Below, in pieces: positions 37,542 to 51,875 of a DNA stretch of 64,000 nt. Position 1 is the stretch's first letter. Each line of letters begins with the position of its first letter. A program made the position numbers and the translations under genes. The DNA comes from Podarcis liolepis. Taxonomy: Eukaryota. The notes beneath the pieces are model-generated. The model was not told where the DNA came from. It did not search any database and worked only from the letters and a program-made list of their open reading frames with translations. The stretch is from the NCBI GenBank assembly GCA_965112155.1, contig OZ218103.1. One strand, 5' to 3'.

Positions 37542-37975
37542 TAGAATCATAGAACTGAAGAGTTGAAAGGGACCACCCCAAGGGTTCTCTAGTCCAACCC
37601 CCTGCAATGCAGGAATCTCAAAGCATCCATGACAGATGGCCAGCTCTTACCATCAGAAAGTTCTTCCTGATGTTTGGTCAGAATCTCCTTTCTTGTAACT
37701 TGAAGCCATTGGTTTGGGTCCTACCACCCAGAGCAGGAGAAAACAAGCTTGCTCCTTCTTCCATGTGGCAGCCCTTTAGATATTTGAGATGGCTATCATA
37801 TCTCTTCTCAGCCCCCTCTTTAGCAGGCTATACATACCCAACTCCCTCAACAGTTCCTCATAAGGCTTGGTTTCCAGACCAGCCTGTCAATAGCCTTCTT
37901 AAATTGCAGTGTCCAGAGCTGGACTCCAGCTGTGGTCTGAGCAAGGCAGAAAAGAGTGGAACTATTATTTCCCTC
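37542..37975 (-). mobile_element. CR1 LINE 3' fragment
   Basis: TAGAATCATAGAA tail, CTAGTCCAACCCCCTGCAATGCAGGAAT, CAGAAAGTTCTTCCTGATGTTT. Confidence 0.85.
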
Positions 37976-40900
37976 ATGGTAGTTGAAGTCTCCCATGACT
38001 ACTATATCTCTTCTCTTTGAATGTTTGATAATCTACTCTAGAAAGGCATCATGTAAGTCTTCAGTCTGTCTTGGAGATCTATAGCAGGCACCCACAGTAA
38101 GTTCACTGTTGTTTCTCTCCTCACAAGTGTACACATCCTTTAAAGAAGTGTACACAACCTCCTACCTCTGTGTTTGGGAGCACATGTGGCATTACTCAGC
38201 ATGAACAGAATAACTTCTAAGTAACCAGTGGACCCTGGAGCACACCAGTGATGGCATTGCTGCAAACCAGGATTTAGAGGTTAAACATTCAGAACACTAA
38301 TTTTCTTATTTCAAATAGTTTTTTCTGAGCTGGACTGGGGGCATCAAGGTCTGCCAAGGCTGAATTCAGTTTGTTTCCAGCCCTGAAAACTGTACTGCGT
38401 GACTTTTCTCTTACTGTAATGTGTGGAAGTGTGCTTAGCTTTTGCATGGTGAGATTTGCATCACCCTGGTCTAAATTATATACCATTTGAAATGAGGGCA
38501 AGACATAACAATGGAAACAATATTTTATATATATATATAAAGTTGTCATAAGCTTCAGACTTTCTCCCATCTAATCCATTTTGGTTTGTTCTTGCATTTG
38601 CCATTTTATGATTAAATTTGATTTTCCACATTAGCTTGCCTAAACAGGCATCACAAACACTGAACATAGTGGTGCAGCACAGACTGTTTTACAACCCAAG
38701 ACTCACAGAGTGTTTCAGCTCTTTGCTAAGCTCCTTTGCCATCCAAATTGGGGCTTTTCTCCAGATGGAAGCCATGTCAGATCAATAACACCTCGCCACC
38801 TCTTCCCTTGAATAGCGCAAAGTCCCTATTACCATATTCACATCCACAGCTGTTGAACAGATCGATTCTAAAAATGTTCATATTAGGGAATATTATTTGT
38901 GTTTTTGAAAATATAATTTGTAATTCTTACAGCATTTTCAGTGTACAAAATGGTACAGTGGTCCTCTCTCGTTTGCAGAGTTATTTTGTGGAGCTGTGAA
39001 CGAAATGAGCCGATTTATTTTTTAATCTTCCAGTAGTATTCCACCCGTCTAGAAATACCAGTTGTACTGGTATATTTAAATAGAACATACACATATGAGT
39101 GTGGGTGCACAGGTCTGTGGGAGGGAACGTACTTTGCATACAGAAGGTTGCATCTCTAATCCCTGACATCCTTTTGGCTTAGATCAGACCAAGTATCACC
39201 ACGCATCATACTTAGGCAGTGGCCAAGGGCAGCTGCTGGTCACCCTGAGCCCAGAACATTGGGGATGAGAGGGGCATTCTGGCACCACAATAAGAATTAG
39301 CTGGGTACGGGAGCTGCTTCCATGCAAATACTTGGCTTATTGCAACGTGCTCTAGATGGGACTATCACTGAGGTTGGTCTGGAGGATGTAGCTGGTGCAA
39401 ACTGCAGGGGCTAGGTTACTTGTGGGGGCAAGCTAACAGATAACATCCTGCCAGTGGGATTTGCACTAGCTGCCAAACTGCTACCAGGCCAAATGGAAGG
39501 TGCTGGTACAACATATAAATCCCTTTACAGCCCATGACTAGGTTGCTTGAGAGACTGCCTTATCCTTCATAAACCCAGTCATCCAGTGCAGTCCACAAAA
39601 GAGCTTCCCCTGCAAAGTTGCAAATATATCATGAGCCTGCGCCACTGTAACTCAGAGGCAGGGCTTTTGGTGTGACTGCCCTTGTTCTATGGAATAGCCA
39701 AAATTAGTTCTGTTAATATGCTGGTTGCTATCTGAAAGATCTTGAAGCAATTTATGATAAGTAAACACACAAGTGTATGTGTGTATGTATATATTCACAC
39801 ATTGCTAGTCAGAGTAGATAATACTGGGCTCTATTGACCAATGGCCTGACTGAATATGTCTGTTTATAGTCTATGGGCAACACCCACAGCTAGTTCTTCT
39901 CAGAGTGCTAGTCTTACTCAGAGTAGACCTACTGAAAGAGCCTGATAGTAATGTCCATTAACTTAAAAGTGGCCTTGGACACAATCCCATTTGTAAGCCA
40001 TGAAAAATACTTCTGTATACACCATTATTCAGAGAATTTTGTCTATTTTTTTATTTCTAAAAGCAAGTATGCTTAAATTCAATCATGACCAAAGGAAATG
40101 ACATGAGAATTCTTAAACCTTTTAACATGAAGAGTTATAATGTAGGAAAACCATTGTTTACCAGAGGGCAAGATGCTCAGGAAATTGAATCAATTTTTGC
40201 AAAGGTGGGAATGTTTTGTAAATTAGGTCAGATAACAATGGTTCTTCTAATGCAAGAAGCACAATGTAATAGCTAATGTCACCCTTTTCATTACATGAAC
40301 AGTATCTCCCAAAACACCGAATAAATGTACAGCTATCCAGTATCAATAATATCCATGCAAGGAGGGGTGCAGTTCTTCTTCTTAATTTAACTCCAAATAC
40401 CCCTGAACTCTACATGTAAGAGGCTGAATAAGATCCCAAGCAAATTAAAAGTCATGGCAGTTTCACTGGCAGTTTTTCGTGGTGTTACAGGTTTAGTGCA
40501 ATATACGCCATACAAAATATATCACGCCCAAACTTCTCCTCGGCCTCATATTCAATTCACGTCTGCACAATAAAATGCATTTTTCAAAGAATGAAGAATT
40601 TCAAATTTTGTATATTGTTATTTAAAATGGGTCCTCTCAATCCAGAATGTGATTGAAGAGTCACCAATCCAGGAGTTGGGATGATGTGCTGGCTCATATC
40701 CAATATTCAATTTAACTGCTATGTATGTGGCAAAGAGGAAGCAAGATGGCTCACCCACAGGCCCAGCCTTCCTCGTCCAGTTCAACCTGGCCATTGGGAG
40801 ATAGCTGGACTGTTACAGCCTAATCTTCACTAAAGCAATCTTTCTCCCACCCGCTTACCCATCCTGTAGTTGCCGTATGAGGCCATGAATTTGTCCACCG

Positions 40901-42445
40901 TGAATCCAATGAGACTTCTTGTGCCATTAGACTTCTTGATTTTTTTGGATCTAATCTGCACTGCCATGTAGCAGCATCCCTGAAAATCTACAGATCTGTC
41001 TGATAATGGCATGAAGATATCAGGCCTGGCAGAAACAGTGTGAGTAATTGGGGGGGGGGGGGAGAGAAAGCAAGTAGAAGGCATTGGTGTGCATCTCAAA
41101 CCATCACTTGGCAGTTGAATGGCGCTTCCTTAGACTAGCCCTCAGGTTTGGCTCAGGTAGACAGAAACCAGAACCCTTATGGGGACTGTCCGATTTGTCT
41201 GCCCAAACTCAGGGAGTTGTGCCATGGCCTAGTCTTGTGCAATGCATCATGGGTGCTTTGCTGTAATGAGCCAAGAGGAGTTATTGCAGTGACCCATCTT
41301 GGTTTTGGAGACAGAATGGTGCTCACCCAGAACTGGGGTTGGCACAGGTGATGAACTGGCATCTGCCTACCTCATCCCAAATAATTATACCTGCATTGGG
41401 GGGGAGTAGCAGTGTGAGGAATTAAGTAGAACAAAATGATCTTGTTGCAGAGCCTTTGAAAAACAAATCAATGAATTTATGGTCTTCCTCTAGCCCAAGA
41501 ATAGTGATTTGCTTCTTTATTTCCTGGCCAAAGGGCAATGGCATAATTCTATGTCAGCCTGAGAGAATTTCCCTATCAGGGAGTGGAGCCAGCGCAGTTG
41601 CTGCTTTTTCCAGGTGCAGCACATTTCATTTGCTACAGCACACCAGCCACTATGACAGTGACCTAATAAGACTGACTTGGCAGGCAGGAGATAATTGGAT
41701 TTTCTGGCGAATAAATAGGTTTAGGATCAAAGGTTTGCACTTCCAGATTTTAGAAACAATTTTAGAAATGAAGCCCCTGGGAACACTCTGGTATAAGAGA
41801 TGAGAGGTGTAGTTCTGGAAAGATGAGGTGCTTTTCAGGAAAGCTCTATCGGGCTACAGAAACATCTTCCCTTTTGTGATGTCATTTTTCACAAGCAGGA
41901 GCTGTGAACAGGGGTAAAGGTGTTTACACATTCCAAACGAGGACAGGTAGCCCCACCCTTACTCTGAATTGGCTTTTGTGGCATAACGGTAGTATTCATG
42001 ATGTTATCATACTATGAAATCTCATTGGGTGGGATGGTGGGACTCTGGGCAGGTCCATGCAAGGGCAGGATCCCAAATTCAATCCACAGTTTCACAAACC
42101 AAACAGCCAAATTGATGTTGCTCCTTTCATTCATTTCATTTGTGTGTCACCTTTCCACATAAAAAACATGATCAAAGTGGCTTACAAACAAACAAACATT
42201 TCAAAAACAAATTCAGAACGTAGCAAAACAATAACAGAGTAACCATTTCATAATAACATAGCAAAACAACAGCATATATAATAAGATGGAGCAGAAATTA
42301 AGAAAATAAATAAGTGAAATATTATTTGTTCCAACCATGCAACAGCAACAACTCATCAGAATTTTCATTTTCATTTTAAATTTCATAGGACACCTTCATT
42401 TAGTGAGTGCTTTGAAGGATCTGCCCATTGTCCTCATTCGTCATT

Positions 42446-42552
42446 GTCTACAATTCTATGATTCTATATGGCTTTAGTTGAGATTCCTGTATCACAAGGG
42501 GTTGGTATAGATGACCCTCAGGGTCCCTTGCAACTCTACAATTCTATTATTC
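42446..42552 (+). mobile_element. CR1 LINE 3' terminus
   Basis: GGGGTTGGTATAGATGACCCTCAGGGTCCCTTGCAACTCTACAATTCTAT, with ATTCTATGATTCTAT upstream. Confidence 0.8.
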
Positions 42553-43256
42553 ATTCACAATTGGCTAATTACGTAAACCATCTAATGTGAGAGCTGAGAG
42601 TTCCTTGATCTCTGCCGCAGCAGCATCTGCCACCATGCAGCTGTCAAACTGTAGTTTCCAGAGCACCAAAGTTGTCTTTGACAAGGTCCATGAGCTCACT
42701 TCTGTGTATTTTATAAGTGGTACCTTGCCTTCCTGCAGAGAACACACAAGGTGGCTTAACAGGACATAAAACAACAGACATAAACATACAAAATACAAAA
42801 TGCATAGCAGCTGCCAAACTAAACCAAACCACACTACAAAATGCAGGTGCCAGTGAAAGGAATAGTTCAAATGTTCAGCCACCAGAGGAAGAACACAAAC
42901 ATCACAAAATTAAACCAACTGATAAGCACATCCAAATTAAACATCCAGAGCCCCGTGAAATAGGACAGATTTCGCCTAATGTCTAACGTATAACAAGGAA
43001 AGCACATATTGTGTGTTACATGGCCAATGGAAGTAATAACTCCTGGGGATTTAGAAAGTGGCCCTATCATACAGAAAAGCACATTATCACATTATTGGAA
43101 CTCTTTGAATATTATAAAATGGATGGGTATGAATTTTCAGGTTGAGATTAAGGATATGCTGAATATTTCAGGGAGAAAGGGCTACATTACATCTGCAAAA
43201 GAACAAAAAAACAAACAAAACCCCTACTACTTTCACATGCATTTGTTATCCTGTTA

Positions 43257-43312
43257 CATTAGACCACAGTTGATCTGGGCACCTCATTAGACCACAGTTG
43301 ATCTGGGCACCT
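43257..43312. repeat. 28-bp perfect tandem duplication
   Basis: CATTAGACCACAGTTGATCTGGGCACCT x2. Confidence 0.95.
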
Positions 43313-46300
43313 GATCTATAGCTCACTTGGCATAATGGTTAATCCACCTCTGCAAGAATTCGGTATACATGCAGTTCTGTCCTGCACACAACACCCTCAT
43401 TGCCTGTGTCATGCAATTCTGAGGAAGTCAGTGGTATTTAAATGATACAAAATGCACAAGGCTGGTGTGAGAATCATGTTAGTCTTCCTAGCCACCAGCC
43501 CCTATGTGATCAGAATTGCTTTTAAGGATATAAGCCTTTCCTGTTTACATATAATTAGGCATTTTAACAGATCATCTCCTAGGGGTATCAGCTTTGCTTA
43601 ATGGGCCTTTTTGGTCAGTGCATTCCTATGCATCTTTCCTTTTTTAACTTAGCTTACCATTATTGATGGGGAGGAGATTAATCTTTGGTCAAAGAAGTGA
43701 GTGCAATTACTCCCCCCCCCCCACAGTAATGCTGTTGAAAGAGCAAAATCCCTAAGGGCTTTGGAAAAGCTCTTCATCTCCAATCCACGCTTCCCACTAT
43801 GGGCAGGAGAAAACACTGCCAACCGGCCAGTCCTCTTTGAAGGGACATTGTGTGAATATTGCATTATAAATTGATCAAAATGTTCTGGCTATGTGACTAA
43901 CACCATGTCCCAAGATCCTCAAACTTAAGTTTTGTGGTGATGCTTGTTCACATATATATCTGTGCTGAGCCAAATGGTCTGAGGATTCTTTGAAATGCAT
44001 TTCCATGGGTGTGATTTTCTTGTGCATTGATAATATGATGATCCTTCATTGCAGTAGTGTGCATGGTTCAGTTGCGTTGGGGCTGCCTTTGAAAATAAAC
44101 CAGAAGCTCCAGTGAGCCCAAAGGAGCTCAGCAAGGTTTTTAACTTAGACTGGCAGGTTGGATCATATTACACCAGTGTTATGTCAATTGCCCAGGCTCT
44201 TTCTAGCCTACTATTAACCACTGAAGTTGGAGACACTCTGGAGCTGATTTGGGGGGCACGTGGGGGACTAGAGGAGGAGAGCAGAGAAACAAGCTATTCT
44301 AGCTGGGGCTGATAGAAATTGTTGGTGAAGGCTGTCTTTGAGCTTGGAAGCAAGCAGGGAGAACTCTTCGGGCTATTTCATACTATTTGATGAGTACACC
44401 TAAAATGCTTCAAAGAAAGAACTGTGCAGATTCAGTGAAAGCTGAAGTGTGAATGCAACAAACTTACGTTTGCAAATACATGCATCCTACACACTCACCT
44501 GGGTGATTCAATAGCCTTCAACTCTGTGTTGCATATTCACTTGGTGGCAGGAACCCCTAGTTTGGCTGTGTATGTGCCTATAGTGTAGCTGCAGAACTCA
44601 TAAAAACACTTAAGAATTTGATGCTTTTGTTTTTGCATATTTGAAATTGTTTGCTGAATCATATCACCTATCCATGAAAGGTTTTGAAATCTTAAAAGTT
44701 TAGAATCAGATTGTATAAACAATATGCCACTAAAGAAAATAATGTATCATCATATCTCATAGTCATATTTTAAGAAGAAACATTGTACCACTGCTGCAAT
44801 TTAAAAAGCACGTTACATTAAGCCACACACAGAAAATCAAAGGACATTGAGGAGGTGAGCAATGTCCTGTGTTTCACTTAACCAAAAGTTAAGTAATACA
44901 TGCTAAACAGATTTGTAAAACTTGCTTCTCATTCAAACTACTTAAGAATGCAGAGGTGTTCTTCTGAACCTTTGCAGCTAATAGGAGAGACTCTTTTATA
45001 AAACAATCAGCCTCGTTTGTTTGCATGTCATCATTCCAGCTAACAATTTGCTGCTGTTTGATATTCAGGAGTAAATGTAATGAATGCAACAAATTATCTA
45101 CTTAAGCAATGGACAGAGTCCAGCTTTGGAATTTTTAAGACAATCACTCTGCTTAATTGTTATTCACTGGATCTTTTCTATTCCCTTGTACTGATCTGTC
45201 ACTGGGTGATAAAATAGCACACGATGACTATTATCCTGAAGCAATTACAAGCTACATGCACAATGGGGAAGTTGGAGCACACAATATAAATACTTCTAAA
45301 ATATAAAATGTAATTGCTAAAGTTTTGTTCCCTTCACGGGAACTGGCTAGAACTGTGCTGATGGGGAAGAATTCAGTCAAGGCAGCCAAAATCACGACCA
45401 GCATCCCAAGGCACACATTAGGCTTTAAAAAGATCCAGTGAGAAATGAGGGATATCTGGTAGCATTCCACATTTATCCTGAGCTGTATCATTCACAATGC
45501 AAACTGTGACTGCATGGGAGAAACTATAGGAACAGGAAAGAAAAGTACAAGCCTAAGGTCACACCCACATTGTATATCATAAGCACATGAGAAACACATG
45601 ATTTCCCTCAAATGCTGGGAAATATAGTTTACCCTTACAGAGCTACAGTTCCCAGAACTCTTAACAAGCCACAATTCCCAAGATTCTTTGGGGGAAGCCT
45701 AGCTAGCTATGTTACAGGATTAGCATGTGTATCCTATGCACATTGGGAGATACTGTAATTGAGTGCTTTGTCTCTAAAGACTTCAACTACAACCCATTTC
45801 TTCTCCTTGGGCTGGGTTCATCCAGGACACATCGTCTCTCAGGTCCACTCCAACATTCTAACAACCGCACTGTTCTTGCTCTCTATATTGCCTACTCTGT
45901 GGCTAAGTCAGAGGACATTTTGAGCTGGTGTAGAAAAGTGGGATGGTAGAAGAGAGCTTGAATTCATTTTTACTAAATCAGAGTCACACTGAAAAAGTGT
46001 TTTCATGTCTGCTGTGCACCTTTGAGGACCTCAGCTTTTGCTTCTATATTTGAAGCACCAGTTTCATGTTTTTTGCTCAGTGTACTCCACTTCTCTCATT
46101 GCACACCTCCCCATATTCCTAGTCACTATTTTTATCCTAGGGTCTTTTCCCACAATAGCTTCTGTGGATGCAGCTGCCTAGGAAAACTTAGATCTTCATT
46201 CACCTGGGAGACAGTGTGATAGCATGCTGCATAGAAATCATTAGATTTGGCCATATATCGAGGCAGCTTTAATTCATGACATTATTATGTGTTCAACCTG

Positions 46301-47203
46301 TCCTGTATTAATTAGAATCAGTGGTGCCAAAAGGTGAACTAGTGTTGTGTCATTTTGGATGCTCCATGCTTCTGACACTTGACACCATTACACACAATGT
46401 CACTTCAACTTGAAACAAGTGTGATCAGACCTGGCATAGCCCAAATTCAACATGTCAGGAAGTGGCCTCCAGACACAGGTTCTGTGGTCAGGTTGAGCAA
46501 TGAAATTAGATTTCAAGAAAGTGTAACTAAAGAAAACAAAGGTGCCAGAAATGCTGGGTCACTGAACAATGCTAACATGACCAGCATCTTAATTACGTTA
46601 TCTGAAAGAAAAGAAAATACAAGATTAATAGTTACCTTAAGTGGGATCTTGCACACATATTATGCAAAACAATGGAAAGGTACTAAATAAAAACACCACC
46701 CAAGTTAGCCATGTTTAGAAAAATGACTTTGAGCGAGACATTTATATCACTCTGAGTAAGGACTGGAAATATTTTGTATGTTACATTCACCACAGTCATG
46801 GTGAGCTTTGCTACATGATATGCTCAGGGGGTGGGACTATTGCCATAGAGGTACTGATCTCTATGGTGAATGGAAAGAGGTGGTGAGAATATGAGAATGA
46901 AATGGATCTTGTATGTGACTACATTGTGTTGTTCAATAATCTGACCTCTTGTATGACCCTGATATAGTGCTGCTGCTCCCTCTAAATTGTGCTGTGTTAT
47001 TACTCCAGAATCCTGTTGTGCAGAACATATATAATAGGAGTTGACTGCAATGCACAGAATAAATGCCGCTCAAAATTCTGGGGAATTTTAAAAAAACAAA
47101 AACCAACCAACTCTCAGCTGATTGTGGCTACCACCCAGCTGGAGTGGGTAGGGTTGCAATACCTACAAAATAGTTTCTATTCCTGTGCTCTCACTTCCAT
47201 TCC

Positions 47204-47407
47204 TAAGAAGCTGCCTTATACTGGTCCATCCATCTCAATGCTGTCTACACTGACTGGCAGCAGCTTTCCAGTGTTTCAGACAGAGGTATTTCCCAGGCTA
47301 ATGCTGGGACTGGGAATAATAATAAAATTTTATTTATATCCCACCCTCCCACCCTCCCCAGCCAAAGCTGGGCTCAGAACCTCTGCCACTGATCTCCTTC
47401 CCTTCCC
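47204..47407 (-). mobile_element. tRNA-derived SINE remnant interrupted by a LINE-tail fragment
   Basis: AAGAAGCTGCCTTATACTG...TACACTGACTGGCAGCAGC...CTCTGCCACTGA, with AATAATAATAAAATTTTATTTATATCCCACCCTCC inserted. Confidence 0.65.
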
Positions 47408-50400
47408 TGTGTTCTTTTCTACCAAGATATAGGCTGGCCATTCTGCAATTTCTTATCAACAAAAGTAACCATTTACCCAACAATAATATCTACAGTCATA
47501 CCAAGTGCTTGAATTTATGCTCTCCCTCCAGACTCTTCTTTCCAGGTTCAGCACACAACTCCCATCCTCGTTAGTTACAACCAAAGACATCTACTTTGAT
47601 AAAAGGCTCTTTGTTCTTCCACATCTTCTTTCACCCCCACTGCCTGTCCCAGGCTTTGCCTGTCCATCTTTTGCACCATACCTTAACAAGCCCTTGATGC
47701 CCAATTATCATGCCAGAAGCTAGGGAGTTTGATGTCAGGTGGAAAAAGAACAGCAGGAAGGATTCATAGCAAGAAGCTCTGGTGGAACAAAGCATCAACC
47801 TTCCATGAAATGACTACAGTTTTAGATAATGAGGCTCAACAAGTATGAGAAAGCAACAGAAATACCTCTAAATAGGAGGAGGCTTTGAAGACTCTACTGT
47901 GAGGCATTCACTGCTGGCTCAATATGTGCATTGATCTTAAATTTCTGTGTGTGGGGGGGAGAGAGATTATTTTTTAAAGAAAAAAATCACGTGGGGCATG
48001 CTGCCTCTTTGTGTAACATACAATGGCACACTTTTTAGGAGTAGGAACACCAGATATGGGCAATGGCAGAGGACAATAGAAGTGTGTTTCAAAGTCCCCT
48101 TATCTGTATCTTTAAAAGTGTGCAGTGAGTAGCTTGTAAGAGAGGCAAATGATTGCCATAAGAGGTGTGAGTTGTTCTGGGACCCCTCCCAAGGTGCAAC
48201 TTGACATCAATCAGTTAGGTTTTGGGCAGCTCTCCAGGTGCTGAAAAGCCATTACATGACTGCCACTGGGGAACAAGAACTAGAAGTTTATCACTCTCTA
48301 TTTCTGATACTCCAAGGTGTGTTCTGTCATTTACATGGCCCACCCATGCATAAAGGCTGAGAGAATCCCAGCATTTGCAGAAATATAATGAAATCCTAAG
48401 GAAAACCGCAGAGGGGAAACTTCCACCCAACAAGGACTTGGTGTGCTCAGGAGCCCTTGACTACTGACTGTGGAGGGGCAATCAAACTGGCAGGGTAGGG
48501 GAATGGAATGGAGAATCCTGAACAGGAACACTCCACACTGCAACATTTTGTTGCAGGACTCACTTGTAACACCTGCAAACCATTTGATCATAAAAAACGT
48601 TGGTCTGAGTGCTTGGAAAGCGCAGTAGTTAAAGAAGAGAAATGCTATCTCCAGGGAAGAGGGGGCACCGGGCACTATAGATACAAAACAACTGCACAAT
48701 CATTGCATGAGATCAATCAGTTGTTGACTGAATTAAGGCCCTTTAGTTTATTTCCCACTTGAAGATAAAGCTCAGTGACTAGAGATGAAACATATTAAAA
48801 TGGTCTGAACATTCAGCAAATGGTGGCAGAATACAAGGATCACCAGAAGTGATATGATCTGCAACTTCAATGTGTGGGTTTAATCACGTGACGATGGATA
48901 TCTGAAGCCAGATAATTTATAAGCATTTTGCTTTACAAGACAAGGGAGGTGGAAGTAAATTCAGTTCTTATCAATTACTTAAATTATCCTATCAGAAATG
49001 TGTGGGAACAATTCCAAACTGAGTATTTAAGGACCACAGTTGCAGCCCTTAAACTTTCCAGGGGTTCTGATTTTCAGATGCAAAATTTGGATTAATTATA
49101 CATCAGTCTACACCATCAATGTAGGACTAATGAATAAAGACCACGCGGCTCTCAGATTACTATGGTTTCTTAGATACTAAATGTTTTCTCCAGAATTGCT
49201 ATCCTTTGTTCAGTTACCTTTTACAGCCCATCTGGACAACATTGCTTTTAAATTGTTCTATTTCAGAGTTTTCTGGTTTGCTTTTCTGACCTTTTCAAGT
49301 TCTGATTTGTGGTGCTTTTTATTAAAACTTAAGCTCCCACTGCAGAACCAGCTAGAAGAGAATAAAGTTGACTGGGTGAAATAAATTGTTTAAGTTGATT
49401 GGTTAAAATTGATTCTGAAGGCAATTAATTTGGTTTATGTAGCTACCCCAAATCAACTGATGCAATGACTATTTGATCATGATTATTTTTTTTTACACAA
49501 TTTAACCTGTTAAATTGATCAGTTTCTTTGTTAACACAAAGTAATGTTCAATGGATTATCCTCTTTTAAAGCCATCCAAGTTGGTGGCCATCATTGCTTC
49601 CTGTAAGCACTCTTTACTATGAGTCCCAACTGAATGGGACTTAGTTCTGCACACTCATTCACATGATCTTACTGCAGGGGTGCAATAGGTTAACAATACC
49701 ACCCACCTTTGTCTAATACCATGGAGACAGATGTTAATGGGATGTCAGTGAGGCTATTATTATGTGCAGTAATTCTAGCAGGCTGTAAGGTGAAGCAGGC
49801 TGCTTTGGACAGCTGAATTTAGGGGTAGGAATTTAGGGGTAGGAATAAATGAAGACAAAAATTGATTCAGAATAGCGTGGTGAGACTTGCATGGAATATA
49901 GGCTCCAATTGGTGCTCTATTTCAAGCAGCAAAATATTTGGTTCCAGTGCTGTGCAGCATAGTAGCACAATTCCTACCATGCTTCCAGCTGATTATGACA
50001 GTGCCATGCCATGCCTCAGCAGCATTAAAGAGCCCTAGTGTGGAAGCACCTTATGATTATAAAGGTCAGAGAAGTATCTCAGGTAGGCAGAGAAAAACAA
50101 CTCCAGGCATTCCCTCCACCCAGCCCAATTCACACAACTCAGACAAATGCTGGTGAGTTTTCCTCGTGCCATTCTTCTCAGCAGATGGCATTGCAAGAAG
50201 CTATTTAGTAGTGCTAATGAAGTCTCATTTTCATGTCACCTTAGGGAGAAAGATAGGAGCCTGGAGAGAGACACTTTCTCTCTTATTCGAATGCAGGTTG
50301 CAGCTACTGACCCTTGCTTAATGTGATGATGGATGGGTCTCTACTGTTCTCCTTTAGTAACTGAACAAGGTTGAATCTGACTTTGTGGAAAGGGGCTGTG

Positions 50401-50439
50401 CACATGTGCTACCTGGTGGGTACAAGACTTCAACTCTTC

Positions 50440-50850
50440 CTTGGCATAATATGACCACTGAGATTCAAATCTCCTGATGACAGATCCTGGTGGCTTCATA
50501 TAGATGGTAAATGGCTTGGGAGATAAGGTGGTAAACCAAAGGACAATTACCACGGTGCCTATCAGTAACCTCTAATAACTACTTTACAGAAATTGTCTTA
50601 GAGGTAGGAGCAGAACCACCAGAGCTCAGTGCCCCCAAACACCACCTCCCTGAGACAATCCAGGAGGATATCAAGTGGCGTATAGCAGCCCCGTGATCAG
50701 CAGTATCAAAAGCTGCTGAAAGACCAAGGAGAATGAGCAGGGTTGCACTCCCCACATTGTCTCCCAATCAATGTCACCAACCAGGGTGACCAAGGCAGTT
50801 TCAGTGCCATGACCAGGCCTGAAGCTGGACTGGAATGGATCCAAGTGCTT
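50440..50850 (-). mobile_element. L2-clade LINE reverse-transcriptase fragment
   Basis: Minus-strand peptides LDPFQSSFRPGHGTETALVTLV, TLLILLGLSAAFDTADH and LSPKPFTIYMKPPGSVIRRF. Confidence 0.85.
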
Positions 50851-51317
50851 TGCTTTTCTGCCTTTGGCTAGTTTTTGTTATTCTGCTGCTGCTTGGATAA
50901 ATATCATCAGCATTGCTTATTGACATTAAAAAGTCTGGCACCTTGGAAATCGTTTAGATCAAGACAGAGAGACTTTGTGCCCAAGGGCTGAAGGTGACCC
51001 TACAAGTCTAACTATCTGGCCTCCAGGGCTGTCCCCAGGTCCCCCCCCCTGCACTGTCACTGTGATGCCTCTTGCATCACATCCAAGTGCGGGTGTCAGT
51101 GTACAAACATCTGACTTTTACATGGCTGGAATGCAGCTTACTGTACCAAGGTCAGAATCCATTGTTACGTCCCCTTTTGGTCATGCCCACCACTGCCATG
51201 TGGCCTCCAGAATGTTGCCTACAAGGAAATGTGGCCCTCAGCCTGAGAGTCTGCACCCTGGTTCTTCTGTGTGCTGATGATTGCTATTACCTTTTATAAC
51301 ATTAGCTCTTAACTCTT

Positions 51318-51824
51318 GGAGTACAGGGTTAGGTTTAAGGTGCTGGTTTTGACCTTTAAAGCCCTATGCGGCCTAGGACCCACGTACCTACGGAACCACC
51401 TCTCCTGGTATGCCCCATGGAGGACCTTAAGGTCCGCAAATGGCAACATTTTGGAGGTCCCAAGTCGCAAGGTGGTCAGATTAGTCTCAACTAGGGCCAG
51501 AGCCTTTTCAGGACTGGCTCCGACTTGGTGGAACGCTCTGTCACAAGAGACTAGGGCCCTGCGGGACTTGACAACTTTCTGCAGGGCCTGCAAGACAGAG
51601 CTGTTCCGCCTGGCCTTTGGTTTGGACTCAGTCTGACCCTTATGTTTCCCTCCCCTGATGGTTTTGATCTATGGGCTACTTTTAAAATGAGGCTGCATTT
51701 TAAACTGCATTTTAACCTGTATTTTAAATTGGGGTTTTTTCCTATTATGTTTTTACTGTAATTTTACTGGTGTTAGCCACTCTGAGCCCGGCTCTGGCTA
51801 GGGAGGGTGGGGTATAAATAAAAT

Positions 51825-51872
<48 letters not shown>
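51318..51872 (+). mobile_element. L2-clade LINE 3' end with (TAT)n tail
   Basis: YRVRFKVLVLTFKALCGLGPTYLRNHL...RAFSGLAPTWWNAL...FCRACKTELFRLAF; 3' UTR; (TAT)n at ~51826-51872; possible TSD TTAACT. Confidence 0.92.
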
Positions 51873-51875
<3 letters not shown>

